A DNA stretch of 64,000 nt from Takakia lepidozioides (Eukaryota > Plantae > Bryophyta): NCBI GenBank assembly GCA_030704615.1, contig CM060734.1, forward strand, positions 2,666,001-2,730,000. The letters are read 5' to 3'. This document shows, in pieces, positions 1 to 12,000 of this stretch (the stretch's first letter is position 1; each line of letters begins with the position of its first letter). The position numbers were made by a program, and so were the translations under genes. Below the pieces are notes generated by a model. It searched no databases. It saw nothing but the letters and a program-made list of their open reading frames with translations, and was not told the DNA's origin.

Positions 1-32
1 GTAGTAAACCCCCAATCATTGTTTCTACACCT

Positions 33-1308
33 ATGATTGTTCATCTCATCATGGCTTCGTGCCAACTCTCTGTGAAGGAATGCAAGGCCATGGACGAGCT
101 TGTCATGCCAACCACTGTGGTGGAGGATCAAGGATCTTCACACAGTGAAGGCGGATTGGAGGGGCAGGGTAAGACAAAACGTCAGAAGACGACATCTTTC
201 ACACCAAATACAGGACCACAACTACACGTGATCGACTTGGTGGAAGAAGACAGTCTGGTGGGTGAGGAACAAGTGGGCGCAGTTCCTGAGGTGGAGGCCA
301 CACAGCCACAGTGGGTAACAGATGGTACGGTGTGCACAATGTGTCTAAACCCTTACGGACCGGAGGGAGGCTATATGCTTGGTTCATGTGGCCATTTGTT
401 CTACCCCACATGTCTCATATCGGCAGCCATGCGAGCCAGCCAATGCCCTGACTGCCGTGGACCAATCCATCGACGTTTCTACGAGTTGTTTGGGTTGCAA
501 GACAATATGCCCATGGGATACGAGTACAACCGGTACAACATGCCATTGGATGTATCGCCTTACGATTTTTTAAATTGTCAGCACTGGGGAGAAACAATGA
601 CATGGGATGCTCCAAGAGATATGCACGTCTTGGATGCCATGACGTTATATAGGGTTAAAGATCCGGTGACCTTTTGGGTGACATCCAACTGGGAAATAAC
701 CGTGCGTGCTAGAGGCATACGGGACCCAGTCCAAAGGGAGTTTTTTTGCCGGAACTTGGGAGGGCATTGGAGCTGTACTAGACAAAGATTCTTCCGACTG
801 CCTAAGGATCCATGGATGTCAGCGGAAAACAACCCATACAATCGCGAACCGATTGGGAGAGATCTATTTCTGAGGGAGTTGGAGGCCGCTAACATCCGTT
901 GGGATGATATGAATGAGAGGTACTGGGTGCCTCGTTGGGATGAAGGGCCATTTCCTCCAGAGTTGCGCAGAGACCCCTAGCAGGAGGAGGTGTTGGACAA
1001 TTTCAAGGCTGCCATCACGAGTCTTGTAAAGTATTGGCAGAACACATGGTGTGACCAAGTTGCCCATACTCCAGGGGTGTTCTTGCCACTTCCAAACATT
1101 AAGCCTGAATCACGTCCGTTCAGACGATAAGTATGAATGCTAGAATTTGCTGCCAACCCCTCTATGGGTGGACCACACAACACTGGGTCCCTCTTTGACC
1201 ACTCGAGCTCTCCGTACTGGTGGAGGCACGTCCTCTACACCCGGAGCATCTTCATCAACATCTGGAGATGACGACAACGAAATAATTAATCTAGATGAAG
1301 ATGACTAG
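33..1308 (+). pseudogene. RING-finger protein gene, decayed; probably cargo of a DNA transposon
   Basis: ORF 33-980 contains CTMC...SCGHLFYPTC...CPDC, a RING-H2 pattern with the second His replaced by Tyr. Coding-like sequence continues past the TAG at 978-980 to an acidic end (DDDNEIINLDEDD*) at 1308. Confidence 0.65.
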
Positions 1309-1404
1309 AAAGGCTAGAAACGTAAGGAGTAGGCTAAAGGTCTCAGGTTGCGAAAACTTAAATATGCAATCCCACTGTATAGTCTACGTAATTTTTGGAA
1401 ATAC

Positions 1405-1776
1405 GAGGTTCATCCTTTGAACCATTTTTGAATGACCTCATACTTGTTCGGTACGTGTTTGACGACATGTACAATATTTTCAAAACAATCAAAAAATGCT
1501 GAATGAAGATACCATTGGTTCACCCACTGCAATATTTTAAATCGAACTCATATTTGTCCGGTACCTTTAAGAGGGCATGTACAATGCAATGGGAAAGTTT
1601 GAAAGCATTCAGAAATTGGCACATCAAATAACCATTGGTTCATCCTGTGAACCATTTTTTATTGATCTCATACTTGTTCGGTCCATGTAAGAGGGCATGC
1701 AGAACATACTGGCAAAATTTCAAATCATTCAAATTTTTTCTTATCAATGAACCTTTGGTTTATCCTTTTCACCATT
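1405..1776. repeat. Degenerate ~120-bp tandem repeat (about 3.3 units), subterminal-repeat-like
   Basis: The motif accattggttcatcc...accattttt...ctcatacttgttcggt...agggcatgtacaat recurs near 1405, 1511, 1631 and partially at 1751. Confidence 0.7.
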
Positions 1777-3323
1777 AACGATTAATCACGAATAAATGAA
1801 CAGACGAATAAATCATTTGCCTCCCCATCGACGCCAAGTCATTCCAGAATGTAATTGAATTTAAATTAATTTTAAGCCAATAAATAGGTTTGCACTACCT
1901 TTCATTGGGGGGTTTTTGGCACGTATCGATTTTATTTTTGGCTCAATTTTGTTCTGTGGCTTCAAGCATCCCACTGCTACTCCCCCGCCAAAATTTGGAC
2001 CGATCAAAAATGCCCCAAAAAAAAAAGTATTCTTTTTCGCTCACTATTGCAGAACTCTCTATGAAGAGTGCATGAAGTAGAGCACAAATCAAGTTTGGAG
2101 TGCAAAACAGGTAGGAAACTGTGGTTTTGGGTCAAAATGAATTTTGATCGCTCCCAAATTTGGCATGCACGTTGCATATGGAGTCATTACACGCCCCATT
2201 CAAAAACAGAATGAAAAAAAAAAACATGAGCACACGAAACACAGTCCAACAGGTCCCAAAGTAATAACAGATCCAACAAAATACATTCAATGGGTGAACA
2301 GATGGTTGCCCATCCAAATCATTTTTATTTGCTTCCAAATTTTGCCAATACGTTCGAGACACCCTCTCACAGGTCCCGGCAGAGGCTAGGTTGCGCAATG
2401 CAGCCCAGCACAGAAGTGCCAGAAGAGGCATTGTGGACTCCCTCTCTTGATCCTCTTCCAGAAGCTGTGGTCATGGTTGAGGTGCCTGATTTTATCAATT
2501 GTGCCGTTGCAGCTGCTGCCTTTAGTTGACCATCTACCCATGCAGGTTTCTTGTAGCTATTCATCCACAAGGAATCATAGGTAATCTTGTGCTTGGAAAT
2601 CTGGCCCTCTTGGATGAATCTGTGCCCACACTCTACCCCTGCTCCTTCAGCTATCCATGCCTCTGCACAAATCATGCATACATCATTCCCTTGCTGCTAG
2701 CAGTTGACAATGACAGCCTAGATTTGTTCTAAGATACACCCAACTCAACTTATCACGGGCTCCTGCTTTACCAAGGCATGCACTTACCAGCAATCACGGG
2801 CCTAGAATCTGGACAAAGTATCATTGTACAGAAATGAGGAACCAAAGGCAGCATCCATCAACCTGCCAACTCTATGGCAACCCATCAAGTACCATCTCTC
2901 CTGCAATGTTGGGACGGAGCTAATGTGATTTACTAGGCTGACTTGGTACAAAATCTCAGACACATGACTTGAAAGTCACCATCCTCTTTTGAACTATATG
3001 TGTTAAATCTTACTAAACAGAGGTATCACAAGTATTTGAGCACGAATTTCCAATGGTCTTCTCTTGAAAGTATGGCAGCCACCAAAGATGATGTAGGTGG
3101 AATTCTACAGGGATGATCTTGAGACTTGTTAATTAGAAAGTATAATGGAAAAACTTGGATGGCACTCATGCCACACTTGAAACGTTCCAGCACCAGTACC
3201 ACCCCCTACTTCACAGTGCTATTAAGTCTACTGATTCTATCCATGGAGACGATATCAAAGCCAGAAGGTTTTACAACTAAGAAGACCTGATACAAAATCA
3301 AATGTTACAAGAGTGCTACAAAC

Positions 3324-3942
3324 CAGCGGATAGGCACCCAAGCTGCTGCCAAAGGTGAAAAGAAAGCCACCAAGACCCTCCAACCCGATGGCCACCATCA
3401 ACAAATGTTTTGTCTGCAACCAAAAATCAGACAACAGTTAACTAAAATAACCCAATGTCTTTGCGCCCAACTTCATATTGCACTCTGACATTAGAGTGAT
3501 CACAAATAAACTTCCATTAACCCAGTGTTTGAGTACTCCTTTGCAAGTTCTGCGAACAGCTCTTCATGATACACTACCCAGAAGAATCACTTCTTATCTA
3601 CTATACTTTTGCACCAAATAAGTGCAAAAGTACTACACTTTTGCACGAGCCTTCACAAGGTATTGGATATTCAACCGCTTTGACATCATATAGCTCTTGC
3701 ACTAGACAAACGTGATGTCAATCACCATCATACGAGCATGCCATCAGATATCTAAATAGACTGCTACTTTCAAATTCCCTTCCCTTCCGAACAACCCACC
3801 AGATGAAGGGTTGTAGTGTGTACCTCAACAGCTGCCAGTGCGAACTAAGAGGTCTCTTGAACATGCTTCTGAAACAAACAGCTCAAACTTTGGAGCCATC
3901 GCTTTAAGGGCTCCTCCCCCATCTTCGTCAAAATCCTGGATT
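3324..3942 (-). pseudogene. HR-like lesion-inducing protein (HR_lesion family) pseudogene, two exons
   Basis: Exon 3942-3824 reads IQDFDEDGGGALKAMAPKFELF, then a frameshift and a stop. Exon 3413-3324 reads TKHLLMVAIGLEGLGGFLFTFGSSLGAYPL. Both have AG/GT borders and match the family motifs DGG.A.K...PKF and GLGG.LF.FGSS.GAY. Confidence 0.75.
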
Positions 3943-4179
3943 CTGAGAGGGGAAACACGCAAAGTCATGTACCGCAAGCATATGAGTACCCTAGCACAAA
4001 AGAAATCTGTTGTTATCGAAAAGAATTGCATAAATAATTGACACATAATGTCTTCCTGAAAATATTGAGTCAACTTACCAAACCTTAAAAAAAAATGCTC
4101 AAATCCATGGAAGACCAACCAACGTGAAATGAAGCAAACAAAATGGATAAGCAAGAACAAATGCAGAACGACTGTTCAC

Positions 4180-5090
4180 AGAAACATCTCTCCAACGATT
4201 ACAAACTGATCCTCGCAAGGAAAGGACCTATGATGGACCTCGTGTGGCCCTTTACCCCAGAGCTCCACCAGGTGTTCGTCATTTGTTGGCATACAATGTC
4301 CACCAGGGCATAGTTCAAATGACATCTGGTACAATTCCACAGCTTTGACATTGACAACACCAATGGCCCTTTGCCTTTTGCTCTCATTTTCCAGGCCTGG
4401 CCAGCTCGCAGTTGGCATAATGTCGCCCAGAAGCAGGTTCAGAATGACATCTGGTACATTCAGCTTTGACAACGCTTACCACGCGTGGACCTGTCCGTCC
4501 CTTCACACTGAGGCAGTTCGATGGACATCTGGTACATTTCAATCTTTGATACATATCACCAAGGTAGTGTTCAAAATCAGATTTGGTGTACAGTTCCAGC
4601 TTTGACAATGTCACCATGGACCTCTACTCCCTTTTCCAGGGCTGCCAGGCTCGCCTAAATTTGTGTTTAGAATCACATATGGTACGTTCCAGAGCTAATT
4701 TGACGATGTCACCATGGCCTCTGCTCTCTTTTCCAGGACTGTTAGGCTCACATTTGGCATACATGTCCACGAGGGCAGTGCTCATAATCACATCTGGTAC
4801 AATTCCAGCTTTGACGGATGTCACCATGGACCTCTTTGCCAAGTTCTAAAGCTGGAATTGTACTAGATGTCATTCTGAGCACTGCCATGCAGCACATGTA
4901 CGCCAAATGCGAGCCTGGCCACCATAGAACTTTGCGCCCTTTTTCAGAGGTAGCATGCTCGCATTGGGCATGCATGTCCACCAAGGTAGTGCTCAGAATC
5001 ATACCTGGTACAATTCGCGCTTTGAAGATGTCACCATGGAAGTCTTTGCCCTTTTCCAGCCCGCTGCCATGCTCTTTGCCCCCACAAACC
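4180..5090 (-). pseudogene. Scrambled PLS-class PPR repeat fragments
   Basis: The module (K)GKEVHGDIVKAGIVPDVI.STALVDMYAKC (L/S motif junction) occurs several times in different frames, with stops and frameshifts. Confidence 0.8.
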
Positions 5091-5139
5091 AACGTGATGT
5101 GGTCAGGTTGAAGTACACCTCTCCCCGTACCTGATTATA

Positions 5140-5345
5140 GGGGCATATAGAGGACCTCGAGGATGATCTGAAGGGCCTACCTCTACCCTTGACACCAGAC
5201 CTAAAATTTAAACTCAAGTTGGGGAGTCTATCTTTGCACAAAACCAGATGTAGAGAGGTAAAGGAGATAGTAAATGTCCGACATGCCATCGGCCTGACAA
5301 CAATATCCGTTCTCTGATACAATGCCTGGGTAATATCATTGTCAC
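5140..5345 (+). mobile_element. Old fragment of the RTE-X-like LINE C-terminus
   Basis: gatgatctgaagggcctacct...ctaaaatttaaactc encodes DDLKGLP...LKFKL, homologous to the minus-strand copy at about 12460-12510. Confidence 0.7.
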
Positions 5346-5530
5346 TCCAAACCACCACAGATCCACCCAACGAGCTAACTTACAGACTTCAATATGTAAA
5401 TTCAGGGCTTCCTCTGATGAGAGGTCAAAATAGGCTGAAATAGGTCGAAGAAGAAAGTGCCCTCACCACATTGTCCTCGAACTTGTGTCATGACCCATGG
5501 AGGATTTGACTGACCATGAACCCAAGAGGA

Positions 5531-5914
5531 CCTCTTGTGTGTGTTGCTTGTGTATGTAGTCAGGTAATGTAGGATTGGTCGGTGAGAACCACCACGGTGC
5601 AGCTGAGCGGGCAGAGATTGAAATACGGCCTGCTAAGACCAAGCTGACTCTCCCAAGAACCTTGTAAACATCAGGAAGAATACCAAATCATGGTACTAAC
5701 AGGAGCCAAGGGCCCACATTTGCAGGATGGACAAACTTCTTCACATCGTACATTAAGAAAAAGCCACACCTTGCGATTGCGGTTGTCTCTTGTGTGTGCT
5801 ACTTGTGTCTGTAGTCAAGTAATGTCGGATTGGTCTGTGAGAACCACCATGGTGCAGCTGAGCGGGTAGAGATTGAAACATGGCCTGCTCAGACCAAGCA
5901 GACTCTCCCAAGAA
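5531..5914. repeat. ~130-bp direct duplication (5531-5661 and 5786-5914)
   Basis: ctcttgtgtgtg...gagaaccacca.ggtgcagctgagcggg.agagattgaaa...gactctcccaagaac is present twice. It looks like a duplicated exon of an unidentified minus-strand gene remnant. Confidence 0.8.
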
Positions 5915-6124
5915 CGGCGAGCTCCCGGCCGAAACCTCCTCGCACACATACCCTAGCGTTTCTAGGGTTTCTTGCTTCAGATACGAAGGTTGCTCCAACT
6001 ACGGGCCTCCCATGCATGTTTGTCCTCCCTCCCTCCCGCTCGCTCGCTCTAAGTCTGTTCACGGCTACCCGTGAAGAGCAATTTTTTAAGTTTTTTTAAC
6101 CTTTTTTTAACCTTGTAAGCAACT

Positions 6125-6342
6125 TTTTGATTTATTTTTTATTTTTTATTTTTAAAGGAAACCTCAGGCCCTTGAGGAGGGAGGGGGAAAAATTAACCCC
6201 CTTTCATTTATGGGCCATGAGACCCTACAGGATGATCAACGCCTGGACATACCGTCATGAACAATCCCACACACGGGGTAGGGCAGCGGGTTTGAACCCC
6301 AAACCACCAGGGTGACACACTGTGCACTTACCAGTCGATATG
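6125..6342 (-). mobile_element. tRNA-derived SINE with an L1-like 3' end
   Basis: On the minus strand: A-box-like tatcgactggtaag (~6340-6327), B box ggttcaaaccc (6298-6288), a tRNA-unrelated body, the 3' motif ctcatggc...ggggttaatttttcccc and an A-rich tail. Confidence 0.65.
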
Positions 6343-6459
6343 TTTTTTTTAAATCTTTTGCACTTTGATTTTTTTTGTTTTTTCTTAATTCATTTTAGTG
6401 GTCAGAGTTTCCATTTTTTCAAAATATAAATACTTATATATTATATATATAACCAGAAA

Positions 6460-6806
6460 AGCATGTGTCCATACGTGCAGTCATGTAGTGATTCATCCAT
6501 GTGATGATCTCGCAGAATGCATTAGAGTGAGAGTCATGAAGTCATATGTCCGTCTAGCAATATGCACACATCATTCCAATGTAGCCATGACCGTGACTGG
6601 TAGTCATATCCGCCATGCCAATATTTGTGGTCAAACATGTTTGACCTGTGTTGCGCAGAGTCCGGAGTCATGCAATCGCATATACGCCTTCCCCAGACCT
6701 TGGTTATGACTTCAAAGGCATTTACGACTGCAAATGGCATTTCTGCCACAAATTTGTCATGACTGCGCAACCATGGGAGTCGTAAATGCCGCAATCTGTT
6801 GTAGTG
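6460..6806. mobile_element. CACTA (En/Spm) transposon terminus with subterminal repeats
   Basis: Ends in ...ctgttgtagtg (reverse complement CACTACAACAG) at 6806, preceded by many short gtcat/atgac motifs in both orientations. No partner end was found. Confidence 0.55.
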
Positions 6807-6959
6807 ACCACCAATCTTCTTTATTTAACTCAACTAAGGATTTTCCACCTCCAAAGTTATTACTCCACTCCTTCAGTAATTCTGGATAACCATCAAAGGG
6901 ACGATACCACATCTGCACCCAATCGTGTCTCCAATGACAATGTCTATATAGAGTGGATA

Positions 6960-7085
6960 TTTCCTTATACCGCCTCTGCTCACACTCTCTAATTGCACTA
7001 ATTTCACAACATTACAATATAAACTCTTGAATATCACGATTGATATATCATTCGGCAATCCAGGAATTAATTCTTGCATAGAACT
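6960..7085 (-). pseudogene. F-box domain fragment
   Basis: MQELIPGLPNDISIVIFKSL...LESVSR resembles the LIPGLP.D F-box start of plant F-box/kelch proteins. Confidence 0.55.
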
Positions 7086-8019
7086 CTCATCTCCACCAAT
7101 GATGCACATTCTCACTATCTCACACAAAAGATAATCATTCAACTCATCAGATACAAATGATTCCATCACTCTGTTTCTCACACAGAAAACACTTAATGGA
7201 ACTTCTTTTCTTCCTCAAATAATAACAAAGACAATATTGCAGAACTACACTACCATTGATATAAGTATCTATCTCCTAGCTTCTATAACTCCTACACACA
7301 CACTCTCCGCACTTGCACTCTGGTCACGGACATCGATTGCTTCGACAACACCTCAATTATAGTAAGTTTGTTCCAACAACTTGGGCAACCGTCTCTAACT
7401 CTTTCTAATCATCCAGGAACTTCATCCAACAATTCCATCCAATATCGAATAAAGACAGATTATCGACATCACAAAATATCGTGATACAGTGCCATATCGT
7501 TGCTGTATCGATGATATATCGGCTTGAAATATACTAAAAATTTAGCTGAAAATTTCTATTATTCTACATAGCCCCACTCCTAATTGTGCAGCGCCCTCGC
7601 AAACACAAGTGTTACTTCTAAGTCATAGGCCTCTTAGCGGGGTTCCTTGAATTAGGCTCCTGCGATCGACGGTGGTCACCTTGTTCATTCCCCTCCTTCT
7701 GTCCATATGTAAAGGCAATATAAGGGTGGTATCGCGAAGATCCCCAATCGTTGTAAATGTTCGGATGGGTATCATGAAGAAACCCGGTTAGTCACATCAA
7801 TTCGAAAACTCGGATCCATCTAGCCGGATGATGCATCAACTTGGCAACAGTCCCAAACTCCTGTCCTGATACCATGAGTCTATTGACATCAACAACAAGA
7901 TGATATTGGTGACACCACTTCGCTAAGGCTCCACAAAAAATCGATGCTATAGTACTGAACTCTCCTGGAATTATCGGCCAGTTATAGGGCAATGACGTCA
8001 AGTGCTCATTTTCACCTCA

Positions 8020-9004
8020 TTGACCTCGACGAAGGCAACAACATACCCCAAAGCTCCCTCTTATGTTGCGCGGCCATAACGTGTTGGTTGGTGCCGGTCT
8101 ATTGCCCAACTTAGCAATCCAATCGCCTTTGGCTGTGTGGCAATAGTTCTTCCCTATCCACAATAACACTTCCCAGCCAGGTATCGTCTTGTCCTCTGAA
8201 GTACGATAGACCTTCTCGCAAGTTACCATTCTGCTCAACTACAATAGGGGCATCAAAGCTTTAGCGAGTATCTGTCCTGTTTTTGAAGCCTTGATAGAGG
8301 CAACTCTATGGCACATTTGGAGGGCTCGTTGTGCCTGGGCTTTGGAAGGCTCCAATACCTCAACATCAGACGTGTTTTTTGATGTAACAGTAGCCGCTAA
8401 AAAAAGCTTGGTCAAAATTGTGTGCAGACATCGACAAAACTCCGGAACGTCGACCTTTACTCCTCTCAACTTTCAGAGCTACCCGGGGAAGGCAATGCCT
8501 CATATGCAGCGTTGAAGATAACACCTGTGTCTGGCCCAACAGCATTCCGCTCCACTGGCAGCATCGCAGGGCCCTCATCTTCGGCATCCCCGGAGTTTGA
8601 TAGATCAGACATAAATAGGAAGCACATAAAAAATGCTTCCAAATCTAGATTGCTCTTTCATAGATAGATTCATGCTCACATTCTCCTGCTTCTCCTCCTG
8701 CTCGGTTTCTCTCATTCTTCTCTCTGCTATTAGGGTTTCTTGATTCTTATTTCTCTGTTACGATGCTAGGTTAGGCTCCAGGAACCTTCTTAGTACCACC
8801 CCATCTCGAGTTATGAACTCGTGGTTTATCGATCTCTCGTTACTGCTCATCGGATTCTCTGTAACGGGTTACCATTCAAGCCTTATGGCAACCTAAGGGC
8901 CTATAAGGTTTTTAACCTTTTTCCCCTTCAATGATTCGGATAAAGTTAATCAAGGGCTACCTCCCCTTTCACCTTGATGGGGAAAAAACAAAAAAAAAAA
9001 AAAA
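8020..9004 (+). mobile_element. L1-clade LINE 3' fragment with 3' UTR and poly(A)
   Basis: CPVFEALIEATLWHIWRARCAWALEG is homologous to 28333-28959(-) and 30765-31286(-). The ccttatggca motif is at 8881 and an A-run lies at 8983-9004. Confidence 0.8.
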
Positions 9005-9034
9005 GGTCCTTGAAGGGCTACCTGACTTCCCCTC

Positions 9035-9740
9035 TTTGCAACATGATTTGGAGATACCCATCAAACTATTCAATGAAAAGTATGAGACTAGTACAACCAC
9101 AACAGTGCGATTCCACCACTAGGTTATATCATTCATATTCAATTCCATCACTGAGGTTACATGTCACATATCTTTGCAACATGATTTGGAGATACCCAAC
9201 AAACTATTCAATGAAAAGTATGAGATCAATATAACCACAACACTTCAATTCCACCACAAGGTTGTATCATTCATATTCAAGTCCATCGCTGAGGTCGCGT
9301 ACATGTGCTGCCAAGCATTTCTGGTCCTCGTAGTGAAAGTTATTAGCAAGGGATTGATAGTCATCTTCGTTGCAACATGATTTGGAGAAACCCACCAAAC
9401 TATTCATTGAAAGGTATGAGATCAGTATAACAACACTTCAATTCCACCACTAGGTTATATCATTCATATTCAATTCCATTGCTGAGGTTATCTGTCATAT
9501 ATCTTCTATGCAAATGATTTGGAGATACCCACCAAACTATTCATTGAAAAGTATGAGATCTATACAACCACAACTCAACTCCACCATTAGGTTACATCAT
9601 TCATAGTCAATTCCATCGCTGAGGTTATCTGTCATATAGTTCTATGCAACATGATTTGGAGATAACCACCAAACTATTCATTCAAAAGTACAAGATCAGT
9701 ACAACCCCAACTCAACACCACCCCAAGGTCACCTCATTCA
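9035..9740. repeat. ~138-bp tandem repeat, 5 units
   Basis: tgcaacatgatttggagataccc.ccaaactattca.tgaaaagtatgag... starts near 9035, 9173, 9370, 9507 and 9644. Confidence 0.9.
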
Positions 9741-10388
9741 ATTCGTAAGGCTCCCAGTCAGTTTGTAGTACTTGTGGTGCTCAAATAAGGGGTTCCAATC
9801 CATTTTCGGTTCTATTGATGATTATGATCTTACTAGCCTTGCCTCTGAACCCAGGGCCTTAGGCTTGCATTTGTTTTTCCTGGGTAAACAGTCATAATAT
9901 GGATGGGGGGGAGTCAAAAAGCTCTACGCATAGGGTACACTTGTGCAAAATGCGCTCCAATTTGGGCTATGTTTTGTCTGAGAATGGCAAACAGAAGACC
10001 CTCCCACTCGGTGTAAGTCCCTTCCTTGCTGGCCTCCTCATCTGCTCCTTGAGTCTGCATATTCTCAACAGAAATCTCAGAACTGTGAAGTTCATATGTC
10101 CCACACTTCACACCCTCATGTCCCTCTTTCAGTTCTTGTTCCTCTCTCTTCACTTATGGTGTCAATGCCCCAGAGATTCTACTACATATCAGCATATCCT
10201 ACTAGGACATAGCAGTACATCTTACCACAACATCCCATAAGCTACATAGTTTTAAAACTACAGTGCAAGTCAGGAAAAATGGATGAAGGGAAATGTGGAT
10301 GCTGTTTCAATCTCTTTCCTAATGAAAGCTGAGCTTGAGAGAGAAGAAAGAAAAAACTTCATGGCATCCAGGCAGGCCATGGACAAAG

Positions 10389-10690
10389 GAGGGAGAGAAT
10401 GTACTTCTAAGACTTTGTTTGCCGTAGCCTTGTGGCCCTAGACCCCCCGCCCAGTTTGAGCGGAACTAAAGGGAACATAAACTACCTTCGTGAGGGGCTC
10501 ACTCCGGTAGTGTGACTTACAAAGGAGGGAGAGAGAGAATGTACTCAGAAGACGTTGTTTGCCATAGCCTTGTGGCCATTGAGGGAGAGAGATTGTACTC
10601 ATAAGACGTTGTTTGCCGTAGCCTTGTGGCCATTGACCCCGCGCCCAGTTTGAGCGGGAACAAAAGGGAGAGAGAGAGAGAGAGAGAGAG
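10389..10690 (-). mobile_element. Head-to-tail trio of 5'-truncated RTE-X-like LINE 3' ends in a (CT)n tract
   Basis: Three copies of gagagaatgtactcataagacgttgtttgccgtagccttgtggccattga (near 10391, 10530 and 10582), of different lengths and separated by GA repeats. Confidence 0.9.
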
Positions 10691-11869
10691 CAAAGATAGC
10701 ATGTGGATACCTGGCCATCTCCAGCAGCATGGTTGGAATTGTCCAATGACCCACCCCAGCTTTTGGAACCAAAGGCCATGGCGTGGTGCATGCAGCGCCA
10801 CACTAGCAGAAGCAAGTCTGCTATGTCAGCACCATCAATCAACTCAACTATCTCAGAACTGGATGCTAATGGCTGTGGTAGCCACCCAGTGTCAGCAACT
10901 AAATGAATCAGCCGGACTACTTGCAAGCGGTCGTGTAACTCCTCTTCACACACCTGATGCAGACTCAGTACAAGAGTGGATTATGACGCCAATCTTACCA
11001 TGAAGAGCCACCAGATTTTGAATGTAACCCCTCAGTAAAGCAATATCTACCTTTCCAAGCTCTACAAAATGAATCCGTAGTGGGTCAAACCATGCACTAA
11101 CAAAGCTTAGGAAAGAAATGGAGTGGGACAGAGCAGTGCTTGCCTTGTAGCCATAGACTCTCTGAATATACAGAGCACGAGAAAATGCAATGATCCAAGA
11201 AAGAGATCTATGGGAAGCTAAAAGAGCTTATATGTCAAAGCAAAAGAGCAAGCAGGACAGAAAAGTGGGACCCCCCCACCCAGCCACCACAACCAAAGAC
11301 TACAATTCAACTTTGAGTGATTGCTGTCCTTAAATAAGCAAAAGGAAAAATTATTGACCGATCTCATGGTAGAGAAGACAGCAGAAGAAATGCTCTCTTG
11401 TCTCAATCTCAGCTTGCCTTGTTGTTTTGCACAAGCTGCATAGATGCGTTCCGCTCGCTACAGAGGAAGAGTGAAAGAGTGTGAGAGAAGAATGGAAAAG
11501 AAAGCAAAGGAACTTTAAAACATCCATGAGAAGCTGTGAGAGATATAAAACGAAATGAGATGATACTTTATAATGTCCACGGAGAGCTCAAAGAGCTTAT
11601 GGGACACAAGACAGCAAGAAACAAGAAAGACAGAGAGGGGCCCTCCACAAGCAGCCCAAAAAAGACTATTGCTCAAGGGTTTGTCTAAGAGTCAATGCCC
11701 AATGCAGATATGCAGCTAAGCATTTCTGATCCTCGTAATGGATTTTTAAAAAAACTTTATTGCCCGCAGAAGGCCCAGAAGATCCAGGAAACAAAGAGTA
11801 GGAGAAAAATTGGAAAGAACCATAGAAGTATAGAACTACTTTGGAAAGAAAACTCATCAAACTTTGCAA

Positions 11870-11996
11870 AGAGAGAATGTACTCATAAGACTTTGTTTGC
11901 CAAAGCCTTGTGGCCATACACCCCGCGTCCAGTTTGGACAGAAACAGAGGGAATAGATACTACTTTTGTGAGGGGCTCACTCTAGTAGTGGGACTT
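11870..11996 (-). mobile_element. 5'-truncated RTE-X-like LINE 3' stub
   Basis: Same 3'-end motif, directly abutting the tail of the long copy at 12001. Confidence 0.9.
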
Positions 11997-12000
11997 AACA

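Noticed and set aside
6280-6342. Functional tRNA gene (also at 41470-41528)
   Set aside because: A and B boxes are present, but no convincing cloverleaf forms and an A-rich tail follows, so these are SINE-like.
10389-10690. CRISPR-like repeat-spacer array
   Set aside because: The repeats are LINE 3' ends of variable length joined by GA microsatellite. There are no unique spacers and no cas genes.
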